Positions 20,275-29,219 of a stretch of 64,000 bases of DNA are shown here, one piece after another; the stretch's first letter is position 1; each line of letters starts with the position of its first letter. Both the position numbers and the translations under genes were made by a program. Origin of the DNA: Vulcanimicrobiota bacterium (GTDB taxonomy: Bacteria > Vulcanimicrobiota > Vulcanimicrobiia > Vulcanimicrobiales > Vulcanimicrobiaceae); NCBI GenBank assembly GCA_963786105.1, contig CAWAXX010000013.1, positions 77,529 through 141,528 on the forward strand, given 5' to 3'. The notes under the pieces were generated by a model, which was given only the letters and a program-made list of their open reading frames with translations, was not told the origin of the DNA and did no database searches.

Positions 20275-21129
20275 ATGACAAGCGATCGAACGATTCTCGT
20301 CACCGGAGTGACGGGCCACCAGGGCGGAGCTGTCGCTCAGGCGCTTCGAGGGACAGGGTTCCATCTACGCGGCCTGACGCGAACGCCGGACAGCGAGCGC
20401 GCGGCGGCATTAGCAGCCCAGGGCATCGAACTCGTCAAAGGCGATCTCGATGACGAGGCGACCTTACGCCAAGCGTTAGCCGGTGCATGGGGCGTCTTCA
20501 GCGTGCAGAGCGCACAAGAGGCGGGCCCTGCGCGAGAAGAAATTCAAGGCAAGCGTCTCGCGACGCTCGCCCGCGAAGCCGGTGTCAAACACTTTGTCTA
20601 TACGTCCGTGGGATCGGCGGACAAGAAAACAGGCATCCCGCACTTCGACAGCAAGTGGCGCATCGAGGAAACCGTGCGGGATCTCAGTTTCCCGTCGCAT
20701 GTGATCCTGCGTCCGGTATTCTTTATGGAGAATCTGGTGGCGCCGTTCAGCCTACAGGGCTCCACGTTGGCCTTGGCGCTCAAGCCTACGACGATGGTGC
20801 AGATGATTGCGGTGGATGACATCGGCTGGTTCGGCGCGCGCGCGTTCTCCGACGCTTCCGCCTTGAACCGCCGCGAAATCGATCTCGCCGGTGACGATCG
20901 AACGGTGCCGGAGGCGGCAAAGATTTTGACGGAGGCGCTAGGGCGGACGATAACATTCGCGCAGACGCCAATCGAACAGGTCCGACAGTACAGCACCGAT
21001 ACCGCCGTGATGCTGGAGTGGTTTGACCGCGTCGGTTACAGCGCCGACATCGCCGGACTGGAAAGCGAGTTCGGCCGGGCGCTCACGAAGCTGCCTGAAT
21101 GGGCACGTCGCCACGCGCCGCCGGGCTAA
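20275..21129 (+). CDS. NmrA/HSCARG family protein
   Basis: ILVTGVTGHQGGAVA, GDLDD, GVKHFVYTSV, PHFDSK, LRPVFFMEN. Confidence 0.9.
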   Translation: MTSDRTILVTGVTGHQGGAVAQALRGTGFHLRGLTRTPDSERAAALAAQGIELVKGDLDDEATLRQALAGAWGVFSVQSAQEAGPAREEIQGKRLATLAREAGVKHFVYTSVGSADKKTGIPHFDSKWRIEETVRDLSFPSHVILRPVFFMENLVAPFSLQGSTLALALKPTTMVQMIAVDDIGWFGARAFSDASALNRREIDLAGDDRTVPEAAKILTEALGRTITFAQTPIEQVRQYSTDTAVMLEWFDRVGYSADIAGLESEFGRALTKLPEWARRHAPPG

Positions 21130-21264
21130 TCGTCCGGCACGCGAACGTTCGCAATATCTTCGTCCGTGACGAAGAATCAGGCCTGCAATCCGCTGCGGAG
21201 TTTTCCGTGCGTCGATGCTGCGTAGCCCCCATAAGCCGATCGCCTGGAAGCGTCCGAAAAATAG

Positions 21265-21292
21265 AAGGACGCGGTCTTGAGACCGCGTCCTT
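21265..21292. terminator. Bidirectional terminator hairpin
   Basis: Perfect 12-bp stem AAGGACGCGGTC-TTGA-GACCGCGTCCTT between convergent genes, with T-rich flanks on both strands. Confidence 0.8.
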
Positions 21293-21313
21293 TGTGTTGC
21301 GTGAAGGCGTTTG

Positions 21314-22210
21314 TTAGGCAGGCGGCTTTTTGCCGGAATCCTGCTTTGAACCGTTCGCCGGCTTTGAAGCGTTCTGCGGCTTCGCGGCGTTCTGCGGGTT
21401 CGCGGCATTCTGCGGCTTGGCGGCATTCTGCGGCTTGGCGGCATTCTGCGGCTTCGCGGCGTTCTGCAGCTTCGCGGCGTTCTGCGGCTTCGCGGCGTAA
21501 TGCGGCTTTACCGCATTCTCCGGCTTAACGACCGTCGTCGAGTTGTGAACGACGACGGGCCTGCCGTGGTTTACGGTTTCGAGGTTGTTGCGATTCCTTG
21601 CAGCATTTTCGACGTGCAGCCGTTGCGCGGGGGTGATGGCGTAGTGTCGCTGGTTGGCGTACGCTAGTTGCCGCGCGTCGGGGTGCATGATCACGCCGCC
21701 GCGTCCACCGTTGTAGCTGACGTGGTTGACTCTGCGAACGATGACCGTTCTATCGACGTAGACGTTTCTGATGACGTTGGGGTTCACCATCGATACGGCC
21801 GTGTTGTAGCGGAACATGTTGCCCTGCCAGTTACCGCCGTAATACCCGTTGCCGGAATAGCCGTAACCGTAGTTGATTCCGCCGTAGTAGCCAACTTGCT
21901 GGCCCCAATATCCTTGGTTGTAGTTGTATTGGTTTTGGTCTTGATTGTAGCCCCAGTATCCCGGGGTGTAGAGAAGGCCGGCCTGCGGAGGCTGCTGCCA
22001 ACTCCCTTGAACCCAATAGTATCCGCTTTGACCCATGGCCCAATAGCCGGGTGTCCAGATGTAGTTTTGGTTAGAAAGCTGCGGCTGTTGGTACTGCGGC
22101 AGCAGTGGGGGTGCCATAAAGCTCACATACACTTGAGCGCTTGCTGTCGCCGGAACGCCGATGGCGGCTAGCGCGATCAAAAGTGGTAGCAGGAATCGAA
22201 AAATACGCAT
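21314..22210 (-). CDS. YXWGXW-repeat secreted protein
   Basis: Signal peptide, APPLLPQYQQP, YIWTPGYWA, YYWVQGSW, YTPGYWG, VGYYGGINYGYGY, SYNGGRGG. Confidence 0.88.
   Translation of the reverse strand: MRIFRFLLPLLIALAAIGVPATASAQVYVSFMAPPLLPQYQQPQLSNQNYIWTPGYWAMGQSGYYWVQGSWQQPPQAGLLYTPGYWGYNQDQNQYNYNQGYWGQQVGYYGGINYGYGYSGNGYYGGNWQGNMFRYNTAVSMVNPNVIRNVYVDRTVIVRRVNHVSYNGGRGGVIMHPDARQLAYANQRHYAITPAQRLHVENAARNRNNLETVNHGRPVVVHNSTTVVKPENAVKPHYAAKPQNAAKLQNAAKPQNAAKPQNAAKPQNAANPQNAAKPQNASKPANGSKQDSGKKPPA
21346..21527. repeat. 18-bp tandem repeat encoding about 10 KPQNAA-like hexapeptides
   Basis: Unit approximately TTCGCGGCGTTCTGCGGC, repeated in tandem within the 3' end of the YXWGXW gene. Confidence 0.9.
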
Positions 22211-22277
22211 TAATGCTCCTTTGGATGCACTAAGCGTACAGTTAAACGCGAGAAAAGAGCATAGCGGAAAGCACGGT

Positions 22278-23321
22278 TTACGCCGGCGCCTCTTCCGAAG
22301 CGCTCTCCCACCCGAGCACGCGCGCGATAAGTTCGGTCCGATTTCGGCTCTCGGTCTTGTCGACCATGCTCTTTATGTGATCTTGAACGGTCGACGACGT
22401 GATGTGCAACTGCTCGCCGATTTCCTCGAGTTTCGCGCCGTCGAGCAGAAGCGCCAGCACTTGCAGCTCGCGTGGCGTGATGTGATAGCGCTCGGCGGGA
22501 CCCGTGAGCGAATTCGGCGGATGATACCGATCGACGCGCACGCCGATAAAAAGCCCGGCCGGTCCTTGCATCGGCTGCGTGCGGACGACTAAGAACGGAA
22601 CGGGGCGCGCGATACCCGATTCCTGCGTGACGGGGTCGCTGCTCCAGCCCGCGATGAGGGCGCGTACCGTTTCTTCGAGCACCGTGGGCAAACGATCGGC
22701 GAGGCGAGTGCGCAGTCCCGTCAGCGCGATGCGGCGCTGGTCCTCGGCCGACCATGCAAGGACGATTTGCAAATCGTGGTCGAGAACGTAAAACGCTCCT
22801 GCCGAGTCTTCGGGGATCATGCCGGGCGCGTCGTCGCTGCGAACGGGCGCCTCGGGTCCCGGAAACCTCGCCTGCGGTGCGTTCAGGCGCAACGCGGAGA
22901 GCTGCTCCGACGCAGTATCGAGTGCGAGCGAGAGCATGCTGATTTCGCTCGAAGTAAAGGGCCCGAGCTCGTGCGTCCGCAGCAACGTGAGAATACCGAA
23001 GTTTGCGTGGGCATCGGCGAACAACAGGGTGACGCCGCTTTCAAAATCGCCGAGCGGACCCAGCGTCGCGGCTATGCGCGGACCCGTCTTGGACTTGGCT
23101 CGCTGGCGAGTGAATTCGTTTTTCAGTTGCGACCGCTCCTCGCGGTTCGTTCCGAGAAGCCGGCCAAGTTCGCCGTCGGCTTCCAAGCGGGCAAACGCCC
23201 ATCGCGAGGCCGGAACCACGCGCAGGATCGCGGTGATGATCGGGAACGCGGGGTCAGACTCCGGAACGGAGTCGACCATGATCTTCGCCGCGCTGCTCGT
23301 GGTGCTATCGTCCTTTTTCAC
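22278..23321 (-). CDS. LuxR-type HTH transcriptional regulator with N-terminal sensory region
   Basis: C-terminal ITPRELQVLALLLDG...EIGEQLHITSSTVQDHIKSMVDK...NRTEL. Confidence 0.85.
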   Translation of the reverse strand: MKKDDSTTSSAAKIMVDSVPESDPAFPIITAILRVVPASRWAFARLEADGELGRLLGTNREERSQLKNEFTRQRAKSKTGPRIAATLGPLGDFESGVTLLFADAHANFGILTLLRTHELGPFTSSEISMLSLALDTASEQLSALRLNAPQARFPGPEAPVRSDDAPGMIPEDSAGAFYVLDHDLQIVLAWSAEDQRRIALTGLRTRLADRLPTVLEETVRALIAGWSSDPVTQESGIARPVPFLVVRTQPMQGPAGLFIGVRVDRYHPPNSLTGPAERYHITPRELQVLALLLDGAKLEEIGEQLHITSSTVQDHIKSMVDKTESRNRTELIARVLGWESASEEAPA

Positions 23322-23460
23322 GATGTTCGTGCCGTCAGCTCGATGTTATGCTTGGAGGCGCTCCCCATCCGACGGTATATCTTAGGCATTCTTTTTCGGG
23401 CGAGGAGCCTCCGCTCGTCCGCCGTTCGGCGAGTCGTTCACCGCTGAAAGCGTTAATCTC

Positions 23461-23850
23461 ATGGCCCGAATCTGCTGCTTAGGCGCCGTCGATCTCGAGG
23501 GAGTCGCACTTCTCAGTGCCGCGCTCGGGCGCGCGGGAGAGGAGGCGTTAGCGTTGCTAGGCGGCCTCAACGTGCCCGAACTAGCGAAGCTGGCGCCCGA
23601 TATTTTGATCGTCGATCTCGACCGCCTCGACGTCGACCCGCTCGAGATGCTGCGCCGTCTGCGTTTCGTACTGCCCGGCTGCATCATCATCGTTTATACC
23701 GCGATATTGGAATGCAATTGGGCTCGCGACTGCCATCTCGCGGGCGCAAATGGCCTTCTTTCCAAAGCGTCGGGCGAAGCGGAACTGGTATTGGGGCTCG
23801 TTCGGGCGATACGAAACGGGTGCTGGACCGATCCGAGGCTTGTCGCCTAG
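23461..23850 (+). CDS. Stand-alone atypical receiver (REC)-like protein
   Basis: PDILIVDL, IIIVYTA and AGANGLLSK match the REC beta3/beta4/beta5 motifs. The N-terminal acidic pair is not evident. Confidence 0.7.
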   Translation: MARICCLGAVDLEGVALLSAALGRAGEEALALLGGLNVPELAKLAPDILIVDLDRLDVDPLEMLRRLRFVLPGCIIIVYTAILECNWARDCHLAGANGLLSKASGEAELVLGLVRAIRNGCWTDPRLVA

Positions 23851-23864
23851 CTATCTACTTCGTT

Positions 23865-24758
23865 CTACACCGGCTGGATCGCACTGCTAGGGGCGACGGT
23901 TCCGGCTATTGCATTCTCGAATATCTCGGCGCTGTCTAGTAGGCGTGGGCCCGGGCGGTTCACGTAGGCGTTCCCGTCCATCGCATAGGCTCTTCCGGAT
24001 CTAACCGCCCGGAGCGCTACCCATGCGGGATGATCGATCGCGCACGCCGCGTCTAAGGAATGAGCGAGGTCGTAGCCGCAGGGTACGACGATCGCGACGT
24101 CCGGATCGGCATTGGCAATTGCGTCCCAAGACAACGTCTGCGAGTTTACACCTGGGTTCGCGAGGATGGGTTCGCCGCCGGCCAAATCAACCAGACCGGG
24201 CGTCCAATGGCCGCCGCTCATCGGGGGGTCTGTCCATTCGAGCACGAGCGTACGAGGTCGCTCCCGGCCGGCATTACGCGAACGCAGCGCCGCCTCGCGA
24301 GCGCGCAGCGTCGCAAGCAATTTCTGAGCGCCCGCTTGCGCACCGACTAACTCACCGATCCAGACGATATTCGCGTAGACGTCGTCGAGTGAGGATGGCT
24401 CGAGCGAAACGATACGCCGATCGCCGCGCAAGCGCTTTGCGGCTTTCGCCACGATCTCGTACGACACTGCGCAGACCGCGCACAACTCTTGAGTGACGAT
24501 TAGGTCGGGCTTTAGCGCGGCTAGTAACTGTTCGTCAAGAGCGTAGAGGCTGGAACCGGCGTGGACATTCGCACGGACGTGACGATCGATCTGCGCCGGC
24601 GTCACGGCATCGGTAGGGAGAAGTGAAGACGTAAGTTTGGGCAGACCACGCGCCGCAGTAGGGAAGTCGCATTCGTGGGTGACGCCGACAAGCTGATCGC
24701 CTGCTCCTATTGCAAACAGGATCTCCGTCGAACTGGGCAACAAGCTGACGACACGCAT
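23865..24758 (-). CDS. Cobalamin/Fe-siderophore ABC-type binding-protein homolog
   Basis: MRVVSLLPSSTEI...GVTHECDFP, PDLIVTQELCAVCAV, LEWTDPP..GGHW, NRPGPRL. Confidence 0.85.
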   Translation of the reverse strand: MRVVSLLPSSTEILFAIGAGDQLVGVTHECDFPTAARGLPKLTSSLLPTDAVTPAQIDRHVRANVHAGSSLYALDEQLLAALKPDLIVTQELCAVCAVSYEIVAKAAKRLRGDRRIVSLEPSSLDDVYANIVWIGELVGAQAGAQKLLATLRAREAALRSRNAGRERPRTLVLEWTDPPMSGGHWTPGLVDLAGGEPILANPGVNSQTLSWDAIANADPDVAIVVPCGYDLAHSLDAACAIDHPAWVALRAVRSGRAYAMDGNAYVNRPGPRLLDSAEIFENAIAGTVAPSSAIQPV

Positions 24759-24819
24759 CGCAGATGTCTGCGCGCAGCGGGAAGCGATCCCTGCAATCGC
24801 GTGGTTGACGTGATCGGCC

Positions 24820-25911
24820 CTACAATGCGTTCAGTTTCAGGCGGCCGATCCGGTTGCCCGCGCCTTCGACGAACCAGAGCGTGCCGCGTAGACCGGCCGT
24901 GATGCCGAGTGGGCCGCTGTCGGCGCTCAAGCCCTTGGAGAACTCGGTGACCTTGCCGGCGGTCGTAATGCGAGCGATCTTATTGGTGGCCGTTTCGGTG
25001 AACCACAGGTTTCCGTCTGGACCAACTGCGATGCCGTAGAGGTTATAGTTGCAACCGCATTTGCTTATGCCGGCCGAGAACTCGGTGATCGTACCGGTTC
25101 TTGTTATTGTGCCGATCTGATCGGGTCGGCCACTCTCGGTGAACCACACGTTGCCGTCTGGACCAGCCGTGATGCCTTGCGGATAAGCCCCGCCGCTCAA
25201 GCCGGACGTGTAGATGGTCATCTTACCTTCAAGCGTGCTCCGGCCGATTGCGTTGCCGGCATTCGCCTCGGCGATCCACAGTTTGCCGCCCCAACCGAGC
25301 GCGATGTTTTGCGGGTTGCTGTTGTATGCAGTCGGAATTGAATACTGCTTGACGATCGTGCCGCCGGTCGTGATCTTGCCGATCTTGATCCCGTACGGGG
25401 CTTCGCCGACTTCCGTGAACCACAGGGAATTCGTACCTGCCGTAATGCCGTTTGGGGAACTGTACGCACTCAATCCGTTGGAGAACTCGGTGATTTTGCC
25501 GGCTGGCGTAATCCGGCCGATGCGGCCGGCACCTTCCGTGAACCACATATTGCCATCCGGACCCGCCGCAATGTCGACCGGCGAACTGCCGGCGTGCGGC
25601 AACGCGAACTCAGTGATGGCGCCCCCGAACGTGATCCGGCCGACGCGATTGCCGGCAATTTCCGTGAACCACATGTTGCCATCCGGACCCAAAGCGATGT
25701 TAAAGGGCACGCTGCCGTCGTTCGGCAGGGCGAACTCGCGAATTGGTACGTGGCCCGTGCTGCGAGGCCTCAGCGCGAGGGCATCTGGTTGAGCCGGCGG
25801 ATTGGCCGGGGTGAGACTCGATTGGCTTGCGCCGGAGCATCCGGAGAGCGAAATGCCGAAAAGCATAATAACGGTAAGGGCGGCAATCGATGCGCCTTTT
25901 CGTGCCTGCAT
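24820..25911 (-). CDS. Vgb (virginiamycin B lyase)-like beta-propeller lipoprotein
   Basis: SD GGAGGA, lipobox LSGC, about 7 repeats of P.GI.AGPDGN.WFTE...IGRIT..G.ITEF. Confidence 0.85.
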   Translation of the reverse strand: MQARKGASIAALTVIMLFGISLSGCSGASQSSLTPANPPAQPDALALRPRSTGHVPIREFALPNDGSVPFNIALGPDGNMWFTEIAGNRVGRITFGGAITEFALPHAGSSPVDIAAGPDGNMWFTEGAGRIGRITPAGKITEFSNGLSAYSSPNGITAGTNSLWFTEVGEAPYGIKIGKITTGGTIVKQYSIPTAYNSNPQNIALGWGGKLWIAEANAGNAIGRSTLEGKMTIYTSGLSGGAYPQGITAGPDGNVWFTESGRPDQIGTITRTGTITEFSAGISKCGCNYNLYGIAVGPDGNLWFTETATNKIARITTAGKVTEFSKGLSADSGPLGITAGLRGTLWFVEGAGNRIGRLKLNAL

Positions 25912-26128
25912 GTTTCCTCCGCTTAAGCACAACGGCACCGAGCCCGTTTAAGGGTCCAGCGTGGAAAAACACGATTGCCCTTCCACGAACCTGACCGGCA
26001 CCTGGTTGGCTGCTTGCAGTGTAGCACCCGACGCCCGCACCAGCAAGCGTAGGGGGCACTATGAGGCGTGCTTACCCGCAGGCGCGTCGCGGAACGCGGC
26101 CTGCGGGGGCGTCAGCCTTTGGAGTGCT

Positions 26129-26860
26129 TCAGGAAGTCGGGTTCTTCGAGAAGCTGATGAGCTTCATCTGAACCGTATACTTGTTGACGGTTAGCTGTGG
26201 AACGAAGCTGAACTCCTCGTCGAGGTACACCGGCATCTGCAGCTTGGGATCGAAAAGCAGATTTGCCTTTTGGTTGACTTTAATGTACCGGCCGCCGGTC
26301 TGTTTCATGGAGCCGGTCGAATGAATAACGTTGACCTGATGGGTATGGTTATCGCTGGGGGCCGTCCCCTTTCCGGTCAGCGTGTACGCACAATTCCACG
26401 TGTAGACTTGACCCGCAAACCCGGAGGTGGCACTCGGGACGAACGTCGCGCGGACGTCGTATTTCTGCTCCCAAGTTGACTCTGCTCCCGCGGACAACGC
26501 GCTAAAGTAGTGTCGTCCAAGAAGCGGAACGACGGCGATTTGAATGGGGGACATCGCATAGGGGGGTTGCGCGCACGTGACGCCGCCGCTGGGGTGGACC
26601 TCACACGTGTAGGTTTGGCGCGGCCGTACAGTATTCCACCAATCGTCGGTAGCCTTCACGGTCAGCCCGCCGTCGGGCGCCAATCCCTCGATGTCTATGG
26701 TGGTCGTGCCGGTGCCGTTTCCGGCTTCCTTCGCTGGAGTGTTATAACCAAATCGGTAGACGAGGTGGCGGATCGCTGGAAGCCCGGCTTGCTGTGCCGG
26801 CGCCGGTGACGCCGCCAGCGCGACGGCGGCGATGAACGCGGCTGCTAGTAACCTCTTCAT
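26129..26860 (-). CDS. Secreted hypothetical protein, paralog of 27226..27999
   Basis: Signal peptide. RHLVY, GTTTIDI, DGGL, YTCEV..GGVTC, LLGRHYF. Confidence 0.75.
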   Translation of the reverse strand: MKRLLAAAFIAAVALAASPAPAQQAGLPAIRHLVYRFGYNTPAKEAGNGTGTTTIDIEGLAPDGGLTVKATDDWWNTVRPRQTYTCEVHPSGGVTCAQPPYAMSPIQIAVVPLLGRHYFSALSAGAESTWEQKYDVRATFVPSATSGFAGQVYTWNCAYTLTGKGTAPSDNHTHQVNVIHSTGSMKQTGGRYIKVNQKANLLFDPKLQMPVYLDEEFSFVPQLTVNKYTVQMKLISFSKNPTS

Positions 26861-27225
26861 GAACGACTACCTTTCGTTTCTTACATTATTCGTGCAATTT
26901 TTTCGAACGCGTGTGCGGGCGCCTTCCGGAGGCTTGCTTGTACCGTTTTTGCGTGACGCCTGGCGTAAATGCCTCTAGAAGTCCGTAGGAGCGCCGCAGC
27001 CCGGCCACGGGGGGCGACCATCCCCGGCAGAGAGCGGCAGCCAAGCGCTCGCTAGCCTCTCTGCCATTCTCGACTTCCGCCAAACATGAGTTTGCGCCGG
27101 GCGCGAACGGCAACGGCAGCGCGAGCAACGGACCGCTGCTTACGCTCGCGTGCGCTAGCGTCGCTTGCAAACGTGTGACGCTTTGCTCGTGAATTCGAGG
27201 ACGAGCGGCGGCACTTGTTGAAACG

Positions 27226-27999
27226 ATGGTTTACATGAAGCCTTTTAAGCTGGGCGTGTTTTGTATTGCCTTTTTCGTATTGCTGACGGCGCAAACGCCT
27301 GCGCCGCAGACACCTGCGCCGCAGGCATCACCATCTTCGGCGAAACCTTTTCGCCATCTGGAGTACGCGCTACAGGTCGAGTACGTAACCAACGGTGAGG
27401 GGCACGGCAGTGGTATGAGCGATGGTGGGGAAGGCGGCAACGGCTCGGGCGTCGGTTCGCTGTTGGGCGCCGGCGGCCGCCGAGGTACGATCGACGTCGA
27501 CATGGTCGGATTCACCAATGATGGTGCGTTGATCATGATCGTCAATGAAATGCTTGAGTCTGCACCGCGGCCCGGCGAGCGCTTCACGTGCAGCGTCTAC
27601 GGCGACGGCCACGTGATGTGCCCAAAGGCCGATGGCCCTTTGAGCGACGCCGAGAATCTTCTGCTCAGCTTCCTCGGGCGCGGGTTTATCGATCCAAGCG
27701 TCTCTGCGACGAACAACCACTGGCAACGGAACTACGAGGGAAAGGAAGTCACCGTCGTTACCGATTACACGGTGACCGACGCGGGCAGCGGAGGTTCCAT
27801 GAAGATTGCGAAACATTCGAAAATCACGTCGCGCACGCAAACCGTTGGCAATAGCGTGGAAGACGGTCAAATTGTCTACGACCGGACGCTCTCGGTACCC
27901 GATGTCATTCACGACTCGGTATATGAAACTCAGGGAAGCGCTTCGCTCCAGTCGACGTTCGATCTGAAGCTCGCTACGGATTCTTTCGCCAAACAGTAA
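27226..27999 (+). CDS. Secreted hypothetical protein, paralog of 26129..26860
   Basis: Signal peptide. RHLEY, GTIDVDM, DGAL, FTCSV..DGHVMC, FLGRGFI. Start may be 27235. Confidence 0.75.
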   Translation: MVYMKPFKLGVFCIAFFVLLTAQTPAPQTPAPQASPSSAKPFRHLEYALQVEYVTNGEGHGSGMSDGGEGGNGSGVGSLLGAGGRRGTIDVDMVGFTNDGALIMIVNEMLESAPRPGERFTCSVYGDGHVMCPKADGPLSDAENLLLSFLGRGFIDPSVSATNNHWQRNYEGKEVTVVTDYTVTDAGSGGSMKIAKHSKITSRTQTVGNSVEDGQIVYDRTLSVPDVIHDSVYETQGSASLQSTFDLKLATDSFAKQ

Positions 28000-28050
28000 T
28001 TTCTGACGGGTCGAAAAGGTTACGGCTGAACCCGTGTGAATGGTTCGCAG

Positions 28051-28980
28051 ATGCCGTGGAACGTTCGATTCGTGACTTTGGTGCTATCTTCGCTTTTGAT
28101 AGCGTTCGGGCCGATCGCGACGGCTCGGCAGTTCACCCACGTTCCGAATTCGCATCGCCCGGCGACCAACGACGAGCCGTTCCCGTCACCCGACGGCCGA
28201 GAAGTCGTCATTGAGTCGAATCGCACCGGAAAGCAACAGCTGTACGTCGTTTCGTCGTCGTCCGGGCAGCTCGTGCGCAGACTTACGTACGATGACGCGG
28301 CGGACGATACGCCAACATGGTCCCACGACGGTAAGAGGATCGCTTACGTGGCCATTCGCGGCGATCGCTCGGCGATTTACGTTGTGGACGCCGATGGGCG
28401 TCATCCGCGCGCGCTGACCTCGGATGGCCGCCTCGACTATCTGCATCCAACGTGGTCGCCCGACGACCGACTCATCATGTACGACGTGAATTCGTTAACC
28501 CGGAAATCGGTCTACGAGCTGTGGACGATGCACTCGCCCGACGGTGCGGGAGCTCGCGCGGTCACCCACAATAATGCGAGCGAGACGACATACGGTTCGT
28601 GGTCCCCGGACGGCGCTCGAATCGCGTACCGCCGCAAACTCGCGCCGCATCGCTCGCAGGTCTTCGTAGCAAATGCCGACGGGTCGCACCCGCGAAATCT
28701 CTCGAACAACGCCGCGTACGACGGCTGGCCGTCGTGGTCGCCGGATGGCCGCAGCATCGCGTTCAGCTCGAACCGTCTGGAACCGAGCTCGGCGTCGCCC
28801 AACGAAGAGGTCTTCGTAATGTCGTCCGACGGCACCGGCGTCCGCCTCGTTTCGAGGACCGGTGCACGCAACACCGAACCTCGCTTTACCCCGGACGGAC
28901 GATCGATCTACTTCAGCCACTGCGCTCGTTACGCGTGCGAAGCGTACAAAGGTACGCTAGGTAACGCTCCGCCTACGTAA
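28051..28980 (+). CDS. TolB-like PD40-repeat protein
   Basis: Signal peptide plus repeated P.WSPDG..IAF/Y motifs. Confidence 0.85.
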   Translation: MPWNVRFVTLVLSSLLIAFGPIATARQFTHVPNSHRPATNDEPFPSPDGREVVIESNRTGKQQLYVVSSSSGQLVRRLTYDDAADDTPTWSHDGKRIAYVAIRGDRSAIYVVDADGRHPRALTSDGRLDYLHPTWSPDDRLIMYDVNSLTRKSVYELWTMHSPDGAGARAVTHNNASETTYGSWSPDGARIAYRRKLAPHRSQVFVANADGSHPRNLSNNAAYDGWPSWSPDGRSIAFSSNRLEPSSASPNEEVFVMSSDGTGVRLVSRTGARNTEPRFTPDGRSIYFSHCARYACEAYKGTLGNAPPT

Positions 28981-29028
28981 GCCGGCGCAACGAAACGACC
29001 CCCTACGAGTTTGATATGGGGAGGTACC

Positions 29029-29187
29029 ATGGAATCCACCGGAGACGTCATCATCAAAGTCGACAGAGTGGCTGAAAAAGCGCGTCTCATCGCCAAAGGC
29101 TGCACGCTCGTAGAGGAAGACCCGACGCTTCCGCGCCTTTACCTACGCAATCCGTACGGGTTGGTGTTCAACATTACTCGAGCGTGA
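29029..29187 (+). pseudogene. Short VOC/glyoxalase-like ORF (52 aa), probably internally deleted
   Basis: SD GGAGGT. MESTGDVIIKVDRVAEKARLIAKGCTLVEEDPTLPRLYLRNPYGLVFNITRA resembles a VOC C-terminal half (Y.RDP.G..F.I). Not in the ORF track. Confidence 0.55.
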
Positions 29188-29219
29188 CGTTCGCGAGTGC
29201 TGGGCCGCGTCGTCGGACG

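Noticed and set aside
21346..21527. Possible CRISPR array
   Set aside because: Contiguous in-frame 18-bp units with no unique spacers and no cas genes. It is a coding VNTR.
25836..25846. 11-bp match (AGCATCCGGAG) to the tRNA-Asn 3' end as a possible attR
   Set aside because: Short, inside an intact CDS, and no integrase is nearby. Consistent with chance.
24820..25911. Vgb-like gene as streptogramin resistance
   Set aside because: It is an exported lipoprotein with generic propeller repeats. The fold alone does not imply lyase activity.
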